This document shows, in pieces, positions 48,494-57,884 of a stretch of 64,000 nucleotides of DNA (position 1 is the stretch's first letter; each line of letters opens with the position of its first letter). Source of the stretch: Obrimoposthia wandeli (taxonomy: Eukaryota); NCBI GenBank assembly GCA_977020255.1, contig CDROCS010005463.1, positions 1 to 64,000 on the forward strand. Reading direction: 5' to 3'. Both the position numbers and the translations under genes were made by a program. Under the pieces are notes generated by a model that was given only the letters and a program-made list of their open reading frames with translations, was not told where the DNA came from and ran no database searches.

Positions 48494-49123
48494 AAAGAGC
48501 GAAACAGTGGCTAGTTGTTTACACTGGCCGCTTATAAAATATTAACGTAAATACACTAGACTCAATGTCTATATTAGGCTTAAAAACAGAGTGATTTTAA
48601 GCCTAATTAGCTTCTAATATTATCTCCAGCATTAGTTTTTTAGATAATTTCTTGCATAAAAACGCTCAATACTCCTTCTGAGCACCTCGTAACTCCCTAT
48701 CAAACCTGTAGAAATCGAAAAACATAAGAAAATCTGATGATATGTTAAAAAAATGCTATTTGTAATTATGTTTTTTGCAGAATATATTGAATGGACACTA
48801 CAAAGACAGCAAGCGATTTTAAAGAAGACAGCCTAACGACAGTTTTCTTGATTTGACTTACCTGTAGCGAGATACAATATTTATAGGGCACAAAGCAAAA
48901 ATAACCCCAGTAAACAATTGCTAGGGCTTGCTCTTAAGATCCTTATTATAAAAATAAATTAAAGCAAAATTGATTGATCAAACACTTATTCTGCGCATGC
49001 CATTAGCACCTATAATTGATGCACAGTAACTGTTTACTTGCATTATGCTCACAATACTTAAAGTTAAATGAGACATAATTTAAAGCTTGATCGAATCAAT
49101 GGATCACTAAAAGGGGCATATCT

Positions 49124-49600
49124 ATGGATAGTCTGGATAGAAGAAAAGTCGATGTTTTAGTTATGACGGTGCTTATCGTCGCATCTGTCGTCATATTAAC
49201 TAATGACAACTTAAGTGAAGGCGGGGCTGAAACTGATTTAGGTTCGTTATTTTTACCGCGCATAGTGGCAATTTTCATTATTATTTTCTCTTTGTTTATA
49301 GGAGCCACCTCGCTACATAAATTATTGTCAAAAAAGCAATTAGAAACCACAGAGACCATTACTTTAAATGGTTTTTTCGGGGTAAATATTTATGTGAGTA
49401 TCTTTGTACTCTATTGGTTCGTGACGCCTTACATCGGTTTTTTAATCGCAACACCCTTTGTCATGATAGGGGTTGCTATGCTTCTAGGTGGCCGTGATTG
49501 GTTGGCAATAGGCATTATGTCTGTGGTTGTGCCTATATTGATCTTCTACGGATCCAATCAATTCTTGCGGGTGTTCTTACCCACTTGGTCACTGTCTTAA
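49124..49600 (+). CDS. tctB: Tripartite tricarboxylate transporter small subunit
   Basis: Four TMs, FLPRIV, F..FLRVFLP; upstream of tctA. Confidence 0.8.
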   Translation: MDSLDRRKVDVLVMTVLIVASVVILTNDNLSEGGAETDLGSLFLPRIVAIFIIIFSLFIGATSLHKLLSKKQLETTETITLNGFFGVNIYVSIFVLYWFVTPYIGFLIATPFVMIGVAMLLGGRDWLAIGIMSVVVPILIFYGSNQFLRVFLPTWSLS

Positions 49601-49612
49601 GGAGGCGCAAAA

Positions 49613-51130
49613 ATGATTGATAATATCTTAAGTGGCTTCTCGTCAATTTTCGCAGTAGGTCCAATTTTAGGCATTATAGCCGGTGTGTTAGTGGGTATTA
49701 TATTTGGTGCGATTCCGGGTATATCGGGCATTATGGCTATCTCTATCATACTGCCGCTAACGTTTTATGTAGACCCTATCATCGGTATCACCATGTTGCT
49801 TGCTGTATATAAAGCGAGTATCTATGGCGGTTCTATATCGGCAATATTAATAAACACGCCAGGTGCAGCGGCGTCATTTTTGACTGCACTAGATGGCCAT
49901 GCATTAACCAAACAAGGGAAGTCCGGTAAAGCGCTCGATATCTCATTGTTTTCATCTGTAACGGGTGAGGCGCTGGCAACGTTAGTACTCATCTTTATTG
50001 CAGCGCCAATTTCTGCCATATCGCTACAAGCAGGACCGATTGAAAAAGTATTTTTACTGCTATTTGCCTTTACAGTAATTGGTTCTCTTGCCGGTGAATC
50101 TATCTCTCGCGGATTGCTCTCATGCTGTTTAGGTATGATCTTTGCCATGGTAGGGCTCTCATCAATCACCGGTGCTTCTCGCTTTACCTTTGGCGTAACA
50201 GAGTTAATGGCTGGCTTTACATTTATACCGATGTTGATCGGAATTCTGGTTATGCCCGAGGTGATAAATATTATCAGGCGACGCAGGCAGCCCCAACATG
50301 AGTTCGCTCTGCAAAAATCTACTAACAAGGCGGATAACCGTATAAGTTGGAGTGAGTATAAAGCGTTATTTGGAACCATTCTAAAGTCGACCGGTATCGG
50401 TACATTTATAGGGGCTTTACCGGGACTGGGTTCTAGTACCGCTGCATTTATTGCCTATGGTGAAGCGAAGCGTACCTCAAAAAATCCTGAGAAATTTGGT
50501 AAAGGTTCGGTCGAGGGAATCGCCGCAGCAGAGTCTGCAAACAATGCAGTATGTGGGTCTAGCTTAATCCCGATGTTGACCTTGAGTATTCCTGGAGATG
50601 ATGTTGCTGCACTATTAATGGGCGCTTTCTTGATCCACGGTTTAACGCCTGGGCCGATGATCTTTTTTGAACACACATCAACTATATATGCCATTTTTGC
50701 AGGCTTCTTGTTAACTGATCTGTTCTTGTTAGTCATTGCCCGCTCTGGTTTTAGATTTTTTACTAAAGTCGCTTCGTTGAAACGCCATTTTATATTCCCT
50801 TGCGTCACTGTATTTGCATTCACCGGTGCATTTACAACAGCACAAAATATGGATGACGTACTCATACTGATCTTGTTCACCATTATTGGTTATGCAATGC
50901 GCTTAATTGGTTTAAACCCAGCGGTGTTCATTATTGGATTTATTTTGACCCCGTTTTTAGAGCAAAACTTAGATCAAGCGCTGGCTATTGTCGGTGATGA
51001 TTACTATTTGTTTGTTGCCTCCCCTTTTTCATGGGTGTTCATCGCACTAGCGGTATTTTTTGTCGGCTCAAGTGTCCATATGAAAAAGAAACATGCCAAA
51101 ACGGATTCAACATCAACAGTAAAAGAGTAG
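49613..51130 (+). CDS. tctA: Tripartite tricarboxylate transporter large subunit
   Basis: GAIPGISG, YGGSISAILINTPG, AAESANNA, IPMLTLSIPGD. Confidence 0.93.
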   Translation: MIDNILSGFSSIFAVGPILGIIAGVLVGIIFGAIPGISGIMAISIILPLTFYVDPIIGITMLLAVYKASIYGGSISAILINTPGAAASFLTALDGHALTKQGKSGKALDISLFSSVTGEALATLVLIFIAAPISAISLQAGPIEKVFLLLFAFTVIGSLAGESISRGLLSCCLGMIFAMVGLSSITGASRFTFGVTELMAGFTFIPMLIGILVMPEVINIIRRRRQPQHEFALQKSTNKADNRISWSEYKALFGTILKSTGIGTFIGALPGLGSSTAAFIAYGEAKRTSKNPEKFGKGSVEGIAAAESANNAVCGSSLIPMLTLSIPGDDVAALLMGAFLIHGLTPGPMIFFEHTSTIYAIFAGFLLTDLFLLVIARSGFRFFTKVASLKRHFIFPCVTVFAFTGAFTTAQNMDDVLILILFTIIGYAMRLIGLNPAVFIIGFILTPFLEQNLDQALAIVGDDYYLFVASPFSWVFIALAVFFVGSSVHMKKKHAKTDSTSTVKE

Positions 51131-51247
51131 AAATTAACCACTGTGTAAGTTGCTCAAAGTAGTAGTGACTATGCAGGGGATTCGCAGAAAGTGATAAAGG
51201 TGAAAACTGAATATCATTAATAAATAAAAATAAAGAGGAAACAATAA

Positions 51248-52195
51248 ATGAAGCGTTTTAATAAAAAAGCAATCACTTTACTTTCAGCTGTCAGTATCAG
51301 CATAGCCTCAAGTGCAGTATTTGCTGCCTATCCAGAAAAGCCAATTAAGGTGATTGTACCTTATGGTGCGGGTGGTGATTCAGATTTAACCACACGTGTG
51401 TGGGCTGATGCGGTAGAAAAAGAACTGGGCGTACCTGTTATCGTTATCAATAAAAAAGGAGCGGGCGGCATTGTAGGCACCTCATTTGTTGCCAACTCTA
51501 AAAATGATGGTTATACGTTAATAAATGCAGGTTTGGGTAACATGTTAGTGACCCCAAACTTCAGTAAAACGCCGTATGATTTTTCAAGCTTTAAGCCAAT
51601 TTTGAAAATGACAGCGGTGCCTTTAGGCATTGTGGTTGCTAAAGATAGCCCTTACAAAAACTTTGAAGAGTTTATAGCAGGCGCTAAAGCTAAAACGCTG
51701 ACGCAAGGTTCATGGGGTGCTGCATCATCAGGCACTATATTAGCAAATATTATTGCTGATCAAGCGGGTTACAAGCCAAAGTATGTACATGGTAATACAA
51801 CGGCTGAATCTATGGTTTCAGTTGTTGGTGGACATATCGCTTCAGCCGTTTCTTTTCCACCTGCTTTTGGCCCACACGTAAAAGCTGATCGCGCTCGCTT
51901 GTTAGTGATGAACCAAAAAATGGATTTATATCCTGGGATTCCTACTTTTGCTGATTTTGGTATTAAAGGCAGCTTTGAAGGTTGGTCAGGTATTTTTGCA
52001 CCTAAAGGTGTACCACAAGAAGTGGTTGATAAGTTACTAGCGGCAACAACTAAGGCAATGAAAGACCCTAAAGTATTAAAAGCGTATGCAAATATGGGCG
52101 CGATTGTGAACTTTAGACACGGTGAAAAATGGGTATCTGATATGCAAGTAACCTATGAAATCATGAAAGAAGCATCAGCTAAAGTAAAAAAGTAA
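51248..52195 (+). CDS. tctC: Tripartite tricarboxylate transporter substrate-binding protein (Bug/TctC)
   Basis: YPEKPIKVIVPYGAGGDSD, NKKGAGG, DGYTL. Confidence 0.9.
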   Translation: MKRFNKKAITLLSAVSISIASSAVFAAYPEKPIKVIVPYGAGGDSDLTTRVWADAVEKELGVPVIVINKKGAGGIVGTSFVANSKNDGYTLINAGLGNMLVTPNFSKTPYDFSSFKPILKMTAVPLGIVVAKDSPYKNFEEFIAGAKAKTLTQGSWGAASSGTILANIIADQAGYKPKYVHGNTTAESMVSVVGGHIASAVSFPPAFGPHVKADRARLLVMNQKMDLYPGIPTFADFGIKGSFEGWSGIFAPKGVPQEVVDKLLAATTKAMKDPKVLKAYANMGAIVNFRHGEKWVSDMQVTYEIMKEASAKVKK

Positions 52196-52234
52196 GTTAG
52201 ATAGTGGTCCTTCTTATTAGGACCACAGATAGAA

Positions 52235-53167
52235 CTACCAGTGAGCGAATTGATCCGGACTTTCTATTAAAGAGTTAATTCGCTCGCGAATAAGTTGCGC
52301 AAAAACCAGTGTGATTCTCGATTTAGGGGAATCTGCAGGATACAAAATACTGACTTTTAAGTTGATATTGGGCTCAAACTTACGAAAGACGATTTTACCC
52401 GGTTGGCTATAGCTACAGTAGCTCGCGATAGTGAGTGGGTCCATGATACATACGCCTAAACCGCGCTCTACAAAGCGTAATGCAGGTATAAAAAAGCGCG
52501 TTTGTAAACGGACATTCATGTGGCTCTTGTGCTCAGAAAAAGCATTTTGTAGCGCGTGAAACGTCATGTGATCAGGGTGTAAAGTGATCATATCTATGTT
52601 GTCGAGTAATTGAGGTGTAATGATCTGGTGAGCTGCGAGCGGATGATCGGCAGGTATCGCACATAGGCAGCTAAGATCGAATGACTCACTGTCAAAGCTG
52701 TTCTCTTGAGAAGAGACTTCAGCTAGACCGATATCGTATTGGCTGGATGCAATCCACTCTTTTACGCCATCGGAGGTACGCGTTTGCATAGAAACCTGAA
52801 TCTTAGGGTGTTTTTCTAAAAAATCAGCAATTAAATCAGGCATGAAATAAGTAGAGGGGCCGGGCATACAGCCAATACGTAAAAATCCGAACTGTTTGTT
52901 TTTAATATCATTGACGGTTTGTGAAACGTCTTGAATACGGCTGAAAATAGACTCTATTTCGTTATATAAATAGTGCGCTTCAGGTGTTGGATACAGCCTT
53001 TTTTTACGTCTTTCAAACAACTGGAACCCGACAGCCTCTTCAAGCGAATTGATGAGCATGCTGACAGCAGGTTGGCTTTTATACAGTTGTTTTGCCGCTT
53101 GTGATACAGAGCCTGAGAGCATAACTGCCCTAAATGCTTCCATTTGTCTAAGGTTGATAACAGTCAC
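52235..53167 (-). CDS. LysR family regulator divergent from ridA
   Basis: NLRQMEAFRAVMLSGSVSQAAKQLYKSQPAVS. Confidence 0.92.
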   Translation of the reverse strand: MTVINLRQMEAFRAVMLSGSVSQAAKQLYKSQPAVSMLINSLEEAVGFQLFERRKKRLYPTPEAHYLYNEIESIFSRIQDVSQTVNDIKNKQFGFLRIGCMPGPSTYFMPDLIADFLEKHPKIQVSMQTRTSDGVKEWIASSQYDIGLAEVSSQENSFDSESFDLSCLCAIPADHPLAAHQIITPQLLDNIDMITLHPDHMTFHALQNAFSEHKSHMNVRLQTRFFIPALRFVERGLGVCIMDPLTIASYCSYSQPGKIVFRKFEPNINLKVSILYPADSPKSRITLVFAQLIRERINSLIESPDQFAHW

Positions 53168-53208
53168 CTTTATATAGTGTCAATTGAGTTTTAAGGGTCA
53201 ATATAAAT

Positions 53209-53223
53209 ATAAGATAAATTTAT
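53209..53223. promoter_or_regulatory. LysR-type recognition box
   Basis: ATAA-N7-TTAT (T-N11-A dyad) between divergent LysR and ridA. Confidence 0.5.
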
Positions 53224-53346
53224 GATTTGGTTTGTTTTCGATATTTATTTTATATAGTTTGAGTGGAAGAATACAGATATAGCGGTTAAAAATTAACGGT
53301 GTTGTAAACATTAATACCCGTAACAAATATAAATGAAGGAAAAAGC

Positions 53347-53697
53347 ATGACGACGCGATTAAACAAAAATCAACGTATGAGCCAAATTGTTATTCATGAC
53401 AATACAGTGTTGTTATCAGGCCAAGTAGCGAAAGATGCAACCGCTGATATTAGCGGTCAAACTCAGCAAATTTTAGCGCAAATAGATGCATTACTTGCAC
53501 AAGCTGGGTGCTCCAAGAGCGATTTGCTAAGTGCCAATATTTGGTTGAGTGATATCAGGCAGTTCCAGCAAATGAATGATGTTTGGGATGCATGGGTAGA
53601 TGTTGAAAACCCTCCTGTTCGCGCTTGCGTTGAAGCAAGACTGGCCCGCGTTGAATTGGTAGTTGAAATTCAAGTTAGCGCCGCTAAACACTCATAG
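53347..53697 (+). CDS. RidA/Rid family imine deaminase
   Basis: RMSQIV, LSGQVA, MNDVWDAW, PVRACV, VEIQVSAA. Confidence 0.9.
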   Translation: MTTRLNKNQRMSQIVIHDNTVLLSGQVAKDATADISGQTQQILAQIDALLAQAGCSKSDLLSANIWLSDIRQFQQMNDVWDAWVDVENPPVRACVEARLARVELVVEIQVSAAKHS

Positions 53698-53707
53698 GTT
53701 AAAATAT

Positions 53708-54982
53708 ATGACTAGCAATGCGCAACACAATGCCGATACAGCACCTGCAAATGTAGCGGTACTGGGAGCAGGTGTAATAGGTTTATCTTGTGCGATATGG
53801 TTACAAAAAGCAGGCTTTAAAGTCACTTTGATTGATGCCGAGAAGCCAGGTTTAGGTGCTTCTTTTGGTAATGCTGGGCTCTTTGCCGATTACGCAAGAT
53901 TACCTTTTGCAAACTTTTCAATGCTGCGAAAAGTGCCTAAAATGCTGGTGGATAAAAGTAGTCCACTGGCTATAGATCCCAGTTATTCGCCGGCTTTAAT
54001 GCGCTACGCTAAAGAGTATTTAAAAGCCTGTGGCACAAAGCGCTATGAAGCAGGTAAGCAAGGTTTACTCAACTTACATAGTATTGCCAGACAAGCAGAT
54101 CAAAGCTTAATTAAAGCGGCTAGCAGTGAGCATTTAATTACACAGCAAGGGTTTTTAGGCTTATTTTCAGACGAGGATAGTTTTCAGCAAGCCCAAGCAG
54201 GTTTTATTGAAAGAGAGCAGCAAGGGGCAAAGTTGGAGCTGTTAAATAGTGCGCAAATTAAAGCACTAGAGCCACAACTCAATATGCCATTTAGTGGCGC
54301 TGTGTACTATCCCAATACCTACCATACGCTAGACCCTCAATTGTATTGTGAATCCTTATTTACACTCTTTGTTAAGAATGGAGGAGTTTTTAGGCAAGAA
54401 AAAATCACCCAAATTGCGCCTATAAACCAGCAATCAGCGATTGAGTTGCGCAGCGTATTAGAAACGAAACAGTACGACCAATTAGTGATTGCGACAGGTG
54501 CCGCAACTAAACCTTTGGTAGAGCAATTGCGTTTAAGCATTCCGCAAGTGTGTGAGCGTGGTTATCATTTAATGCTTAAAGAGAGCGCATTTAAACTTAC
54601 CCGCCCAATCGCTTGGATGAACCATGGGGTACACATGACTCCCATGAAAAATGCAGTACGTGTGGCGGGAACAGCAGAATACACCGCCAATGACTCACCA
54701 CCTAGTGAGAAAAGAAAAGCGGTGATGTTAGCGCATGCAAAGCAAATGCTAGGCGCTGATATTGAGGTGGAATCAAGTTGGGTAGGCAGTAGGCCTACAA
54801 CGCCCGATTCATTGCCAGTTATTTCCAAAATTAAAAACCAGCCTAACGTTACCCTCGCTTTTGGGCACGGTCATTTAGGTCTCACGTTAGCGGCTACGAC
54901 GGGTAAAATAGTTTCGCAGCTGGTGTCTAACCAGCCATTGGATGTTGATATCAGCGCCTTCTCAGCCGAACGATTTAATTAA
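53708..54982 (+). CDS. FAD-dependent D-amino-acid dehydrogenase/oxidase (DadA-like)
   Basis: GAGVIG, GASFGNAG, ERGYH, WVGSRPTTPDSLPVI, AFGHGHLGLT. Confidence 0.88.
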   Translation: MTSNAQHNADTAPANVAVLGAGVIGLSCAIWLQKAGFKVTLIDAEKPGLGASFGNAGLFADYARLPFANFSMLRKVPKMLVDKSSPLAIDPSYSPALMRYAKEYLKACGTKRYEAGKQGLLNLHSIARQADQSLIKAASSEHLITQQGFLGLFSDEDSFQQAQAGFIEREQQGAKLELLNSAQIKALEPQLNMPFSGAVYYPNTYHTLDPQLYCESLFTLFVKNGGVFRQEKITQIAPINQQSAIELRSVLETKQYDQLVIATGAATKPLVEQLRLSIPQVCERGYHLMLKESAFKLTRPIAWMNHGVHMTPMKNAVRVAGTAEYTANDSPPSEKRKAVMLAHAKQMLGADIEVESSWVGSRPTTPDSLPVISKIKNQPNVTLAFGHGHLGLTLAATTGKIVSQLVSNQPLDVDISAFSAERFN

Positions 54983-55055
54983 ATGCAGCCTGACTCATCA
55001 AAGAGGCACATTCTATTCTACCGATTAAAACAGCCGTCCCTTGAGATAAAAAGCC

Positions 55056-55115
55056 TCTAGGTTTTAAACGTCTAGGTTTTAAATATTTAGGTTTTAAAAT
55101 TCTGGGTTTTAAGTA
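55056..55115. repeat. Four tandem 15-bp repeats
   Basis: tctaggttttaaacg / tctaggttttaaata / tttaggttttaaaat / tctgggttttaagta. Confidence 0.9.
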
Positions 55116-55218
55116 CCTAAAATAAGTCGCTCCATTTAACGAAAACGAGCAGACTTTCTTCAGAGGTTGTTAACCATAAACGCTAAAGCACATAAATTTA
55201 ACGAGTTGAGAGAGTAAA

Positions 55219-55938
55219 ATGACAATTATGAAAGGCGGTTTTAATTATTACAGCATTCCTATTGGAGTGATTTGCCTAGAGTCCTATTTCCCCAAGCCTA
55301 TTGGTCATATAAAACACCCGGCAGGATTCGATTTTCCAGTACTGTATAAAACAGTACAAGGTGCGACAATAGAGCGTTTAATTGGGCAGCGAGACAGACA
55401 GTTACTACAGCCTTTTATTGAAGCGGCACAAGAATTAGAGCGTGAAGGCGTTAAAGCGATTACCGCAAGTTGCGGCTTTTTGGCGTTATTTCAGCGAGAA
55501 ATAGCGGATGCTGTGGATATACCGGTATTTATTTCAAGCCTTATTCAAATACCGTTGATCTATCAGAGTTTGGGCCGTCATAGAAAAGTTGGTGTGGTTG
55601 TAGCGAACAGTGATGCCTTAAGTGCAGAGCATTTAGCAGCGGTAGGGGCTGAGCATGTGCCAATTGCTTTGGCGGGCATGCAGCATCAGCCTCAATTTGC
55701 TGATGTTATCTTAAAGAGCAATAATAACGATTTAGACTTAACAGTGTTTAGGGATGAGTTATTTAGTGTCATTGAACAAATGCTAAGTGAAAATAAAAAC
55801 ATAGGCTCAATCGTACTAGAGTGCACTGATTTATCTCATTTTGCGGTGCAAGTACAAGAGCGTTTTAAATTACCAGTTTATGATTTGACTAGCTTAACGC
55901 GTATGGTGGCCGCCACAGTTGAACGCAAAATAGCATAA
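55219..55938 (+). CDS. Asp/Glu/hydantoin racemase superfamily protein
   Basis: Two catalytic-type Cys: TASCGFL and VLECTDL. Confidence 0.8.
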   Translation: MTIMKGGFNYYSIPIGVICLESYFPKPIGHIKHPAGFDFPVLYKTVQGATIERLIGQRDRQLLQPFIEAAQELEREGVKAITASCGFLALFQREIADAVDIPVFISSLIQIPLIYQSLGRHRKVGVVVANSDALSAEHLAAVGAEHVPIALAGMQHQPQFADVILKSNNNDLDLTVFRDELFSVIEQMLSENKNIGSIVLECTDLSHFAVQVQERFKLPVYDLTSLTRMVAATVERKIA

Positions 55939-55999
55939 TTAGAGAAGACTATATAAGCCTTAATGTATGTCTACATAAGGCTTAACTTCACACGACTTA

Positions 56000-56965
56000 C
56001 TATGAAATTAAAATAGATCCATTGTTTAGCTGATCATCAATTAGTAATTGGCGGGCAGCTTTAGCAACGGGTCCAGGTTTACCGTTACCGACAGCTTTGC
56101 CTGCCACTTCAACAACAGGTAATGCATCTAAAGTAGTGCCGACCATAAATACCTCTTTGGCATTTTGTAAACCACTGGCCTGCTGCTTTTCTTCTCTCAT
56201 CTCACGAATTAATCCCTGCTCAACCAATGCAGGTGATAATTCTTGTAACCTAAGCAATGTTGTTCCCCTTAGGGTGTGATCAAAACTAGAGAAAATCAAG
56301 TCATTGTCTTGGGTTAAATACGCAATGTTTTCTGTAGGTCCTTCACCAAGATCACCTTCATCAGTCACATTAATAACAAAGTTTAGCTTGTTATCAACCG
56401 CTTCTTTGCTCATCAATACGTTGGATAAATAGTTACACGATTTAGTTTTTGCCATCCCTCCGCTTTTTACTGCAACATCGCTAAAACCAATTTTAGCGCC
56501 CTCTTCATATAATTTATCAGCAGGGTTGTTTAGTGTAGAAACGATAAGATAAAGTTGTGGGCCAATGGATGCATATGGGTTAGGTGTAAAGCCACCTGGA
56601 CCACGAGATGCGTATAATCTAAATAACGCATTGTGTAAGCCACATACTTCAATTAGCTGCTTACATATCGCCTTTATTTCGTCTTTATCGTGTTTTAAGT
56701 CGAGATAAATATCAGCGGCAGAACGCTCTAATCTTGCTAGGTGCTCATCAAATAAGAATACTTTCCCATCAACCATTTTAAAGGCTTCGAAGACGCCATC
56801 TCCACGATGCACTAAATGGTCATCTACTGGAATTGTCATTAGTTTAGGATCAGTGGTAATACCGCCAAACACGCTAGAGTACATTACGTGATAATCACCC
56901 TGTGCTTTATAGCTAGGGCAGGCGGCTACTATTTGTTCCAACGTGTCATATACCGGAAAAGTCAT
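56000..56965 (-). CDS. PLP fold-type IV aminotransferase (D-amino-acid transaminase-like)
   Basis: DDHLVHRGDGVFEAF, HLARLERSA, KTKSCNY (catalytic Lys), EGPTEN, RGTT. Confidence 0.85.
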   Translation of the reverse strand: MTFPVYDTLEQIVAACPSYKAQGDYHVMYSSVFGGITTDPKLMTIPVDDHLVHRGDGVFEAFKMVDGKVFLFDEHLARLERSAADIYLDLKHDKDEIKAICKQLIEVCGLHNALFRLYASRGPGGFTPNPYASIGPQLYLIVSTLNNPADKLYEEGAKIGFSDVAVKSGGMAKTKSCNYLSNVLMSKEAVDNKLNFVINVTDEGDLGEGPTENIAYLTQDNDLIFSSFDHTLRGTTLLRLQELSPALVEQGLIREMREEKQQASGLQNAKEVFMVGTTLDALPVVEVAGKAVGNGKPGPVAKAARQLLIDDQLNNGSILIS

Positions 56966-56996
56966 AATTAAAACCTTATTATTAATATATTGTAGG

Positions 56997-57081
56997 TAGT
57001 GTCCGTCCAGAAACGGGGCCATTGTGTGGCTGTTTCAATGGTTCGAGATGGGCACTAGGTAGATTAGGCTTCGCCTTAATC
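56997..57081 (+). repeat. Interspersed element copy B (56997-57057, with terminal inverted repeats) abutting a GATTAGGCTTCGCCTTAATC hairpin
   Basis: TAGTGTCCGTC...GATGGGCACTA; core shared with 10784-10843. Confidence 0.85.
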
Positions 57082-57415
57082 GCCGAAAAAAATGTCATAC
57101 TCTCTTGCTGAATAATTTAGCGCAGGGTGCTATAGCGGGTGGTTGACTGCTATGTTGGTCTGTTTTGGTTTGGTTTGAGCTCCCTAAGATACAATAGGAT
57201 AAACTTAAGTTACCATGATCTATCAATTTGCCTGTAGTTTTTAGAGCCAGTTATAACACGGCGATTAAACCAAATTGCGTTGTCGTTTGAATTAATATTC
57301 TCAAAAAATGTATTATTTGATATTTAACCTACGCTTAATGTCGAAAATCTTCAATAAATTGCCGTCTTTACGCTTTATTATCTACTCATACTATATCTTA
57401 AAAGAGGAAATATAT

Positions 57416-57877
57416 ATGAGTAATCGAGTAGAGTTTTACAGTGCGTCGCCAAAGATGATGGCTATTTTGTTGGAGCAAGAGCAGCAATTAGCGATACAAT
57501 TTAGTGAGTCAAATACGCTAAACCTCACTTTGCTAGAGCTCGTTAAACTGCGAGTATCACAAATAAATGAATGTGGTTACTGTATTGATATGCACACTAA
57601 AGATGCTTTTAAGCAAGGTGAAACAGCAGAGCGTATTATAGGCTTAAGTGCATGGCCACAAATGCCTTGTTACTCAAAAATAGAGCGTTGCGCTTTGCAG
57701 TGGACTCAACAGATCATAGCAGCTAAAGAGATACCACAAGCACTATACCTAAGTACAACTGATCTGATAGGAGAGCAAGGGATTGTTGATTTGACCTTTG
57801 CGATCAATGCGATAAGTAGTTGGAATAGGGTCGCTAAAGCGTTTCAGCCTGAGGTAGGTAGTTATAAAGCAAGTTAA
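57416..57877 (+). CDS. Carboxymuconolactone decarboxylase/AhpD-like protein
   Basis: ELVKLRVSQINECGYCIDMH, INAISSWNRV. Confidence 0.88.
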   Translation: MSNRVEFYSASPKMMAILLEQEQQLAIQFSESNTLNLTLLELVKLRVSQINECGYCIDMHTKDAFKQGETAERIIGLSAWPQMPCYSKIERCALQWTQQIIAAKEIPQALYLSTTDLIGEQGIVDLTFAINAISSWNRVAKAFQPEVGSYKAS

Positions 57878-57884
57878 CACTAGC

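Noticed and set aside
48494-49123. Small ORFs in the 630-bp spacer before tctB (e.g. 21-codon MDTTKTASDF..., antisense 49096-49359)
   Set aside because: Short, no convincing RBS or homology cue; AT-rich promoter-like DNA
55056-55115. Possible CRISPR array
   Set aside because: Repeats are 15 bp, contiguous, have no spacers, and no cas genes are present
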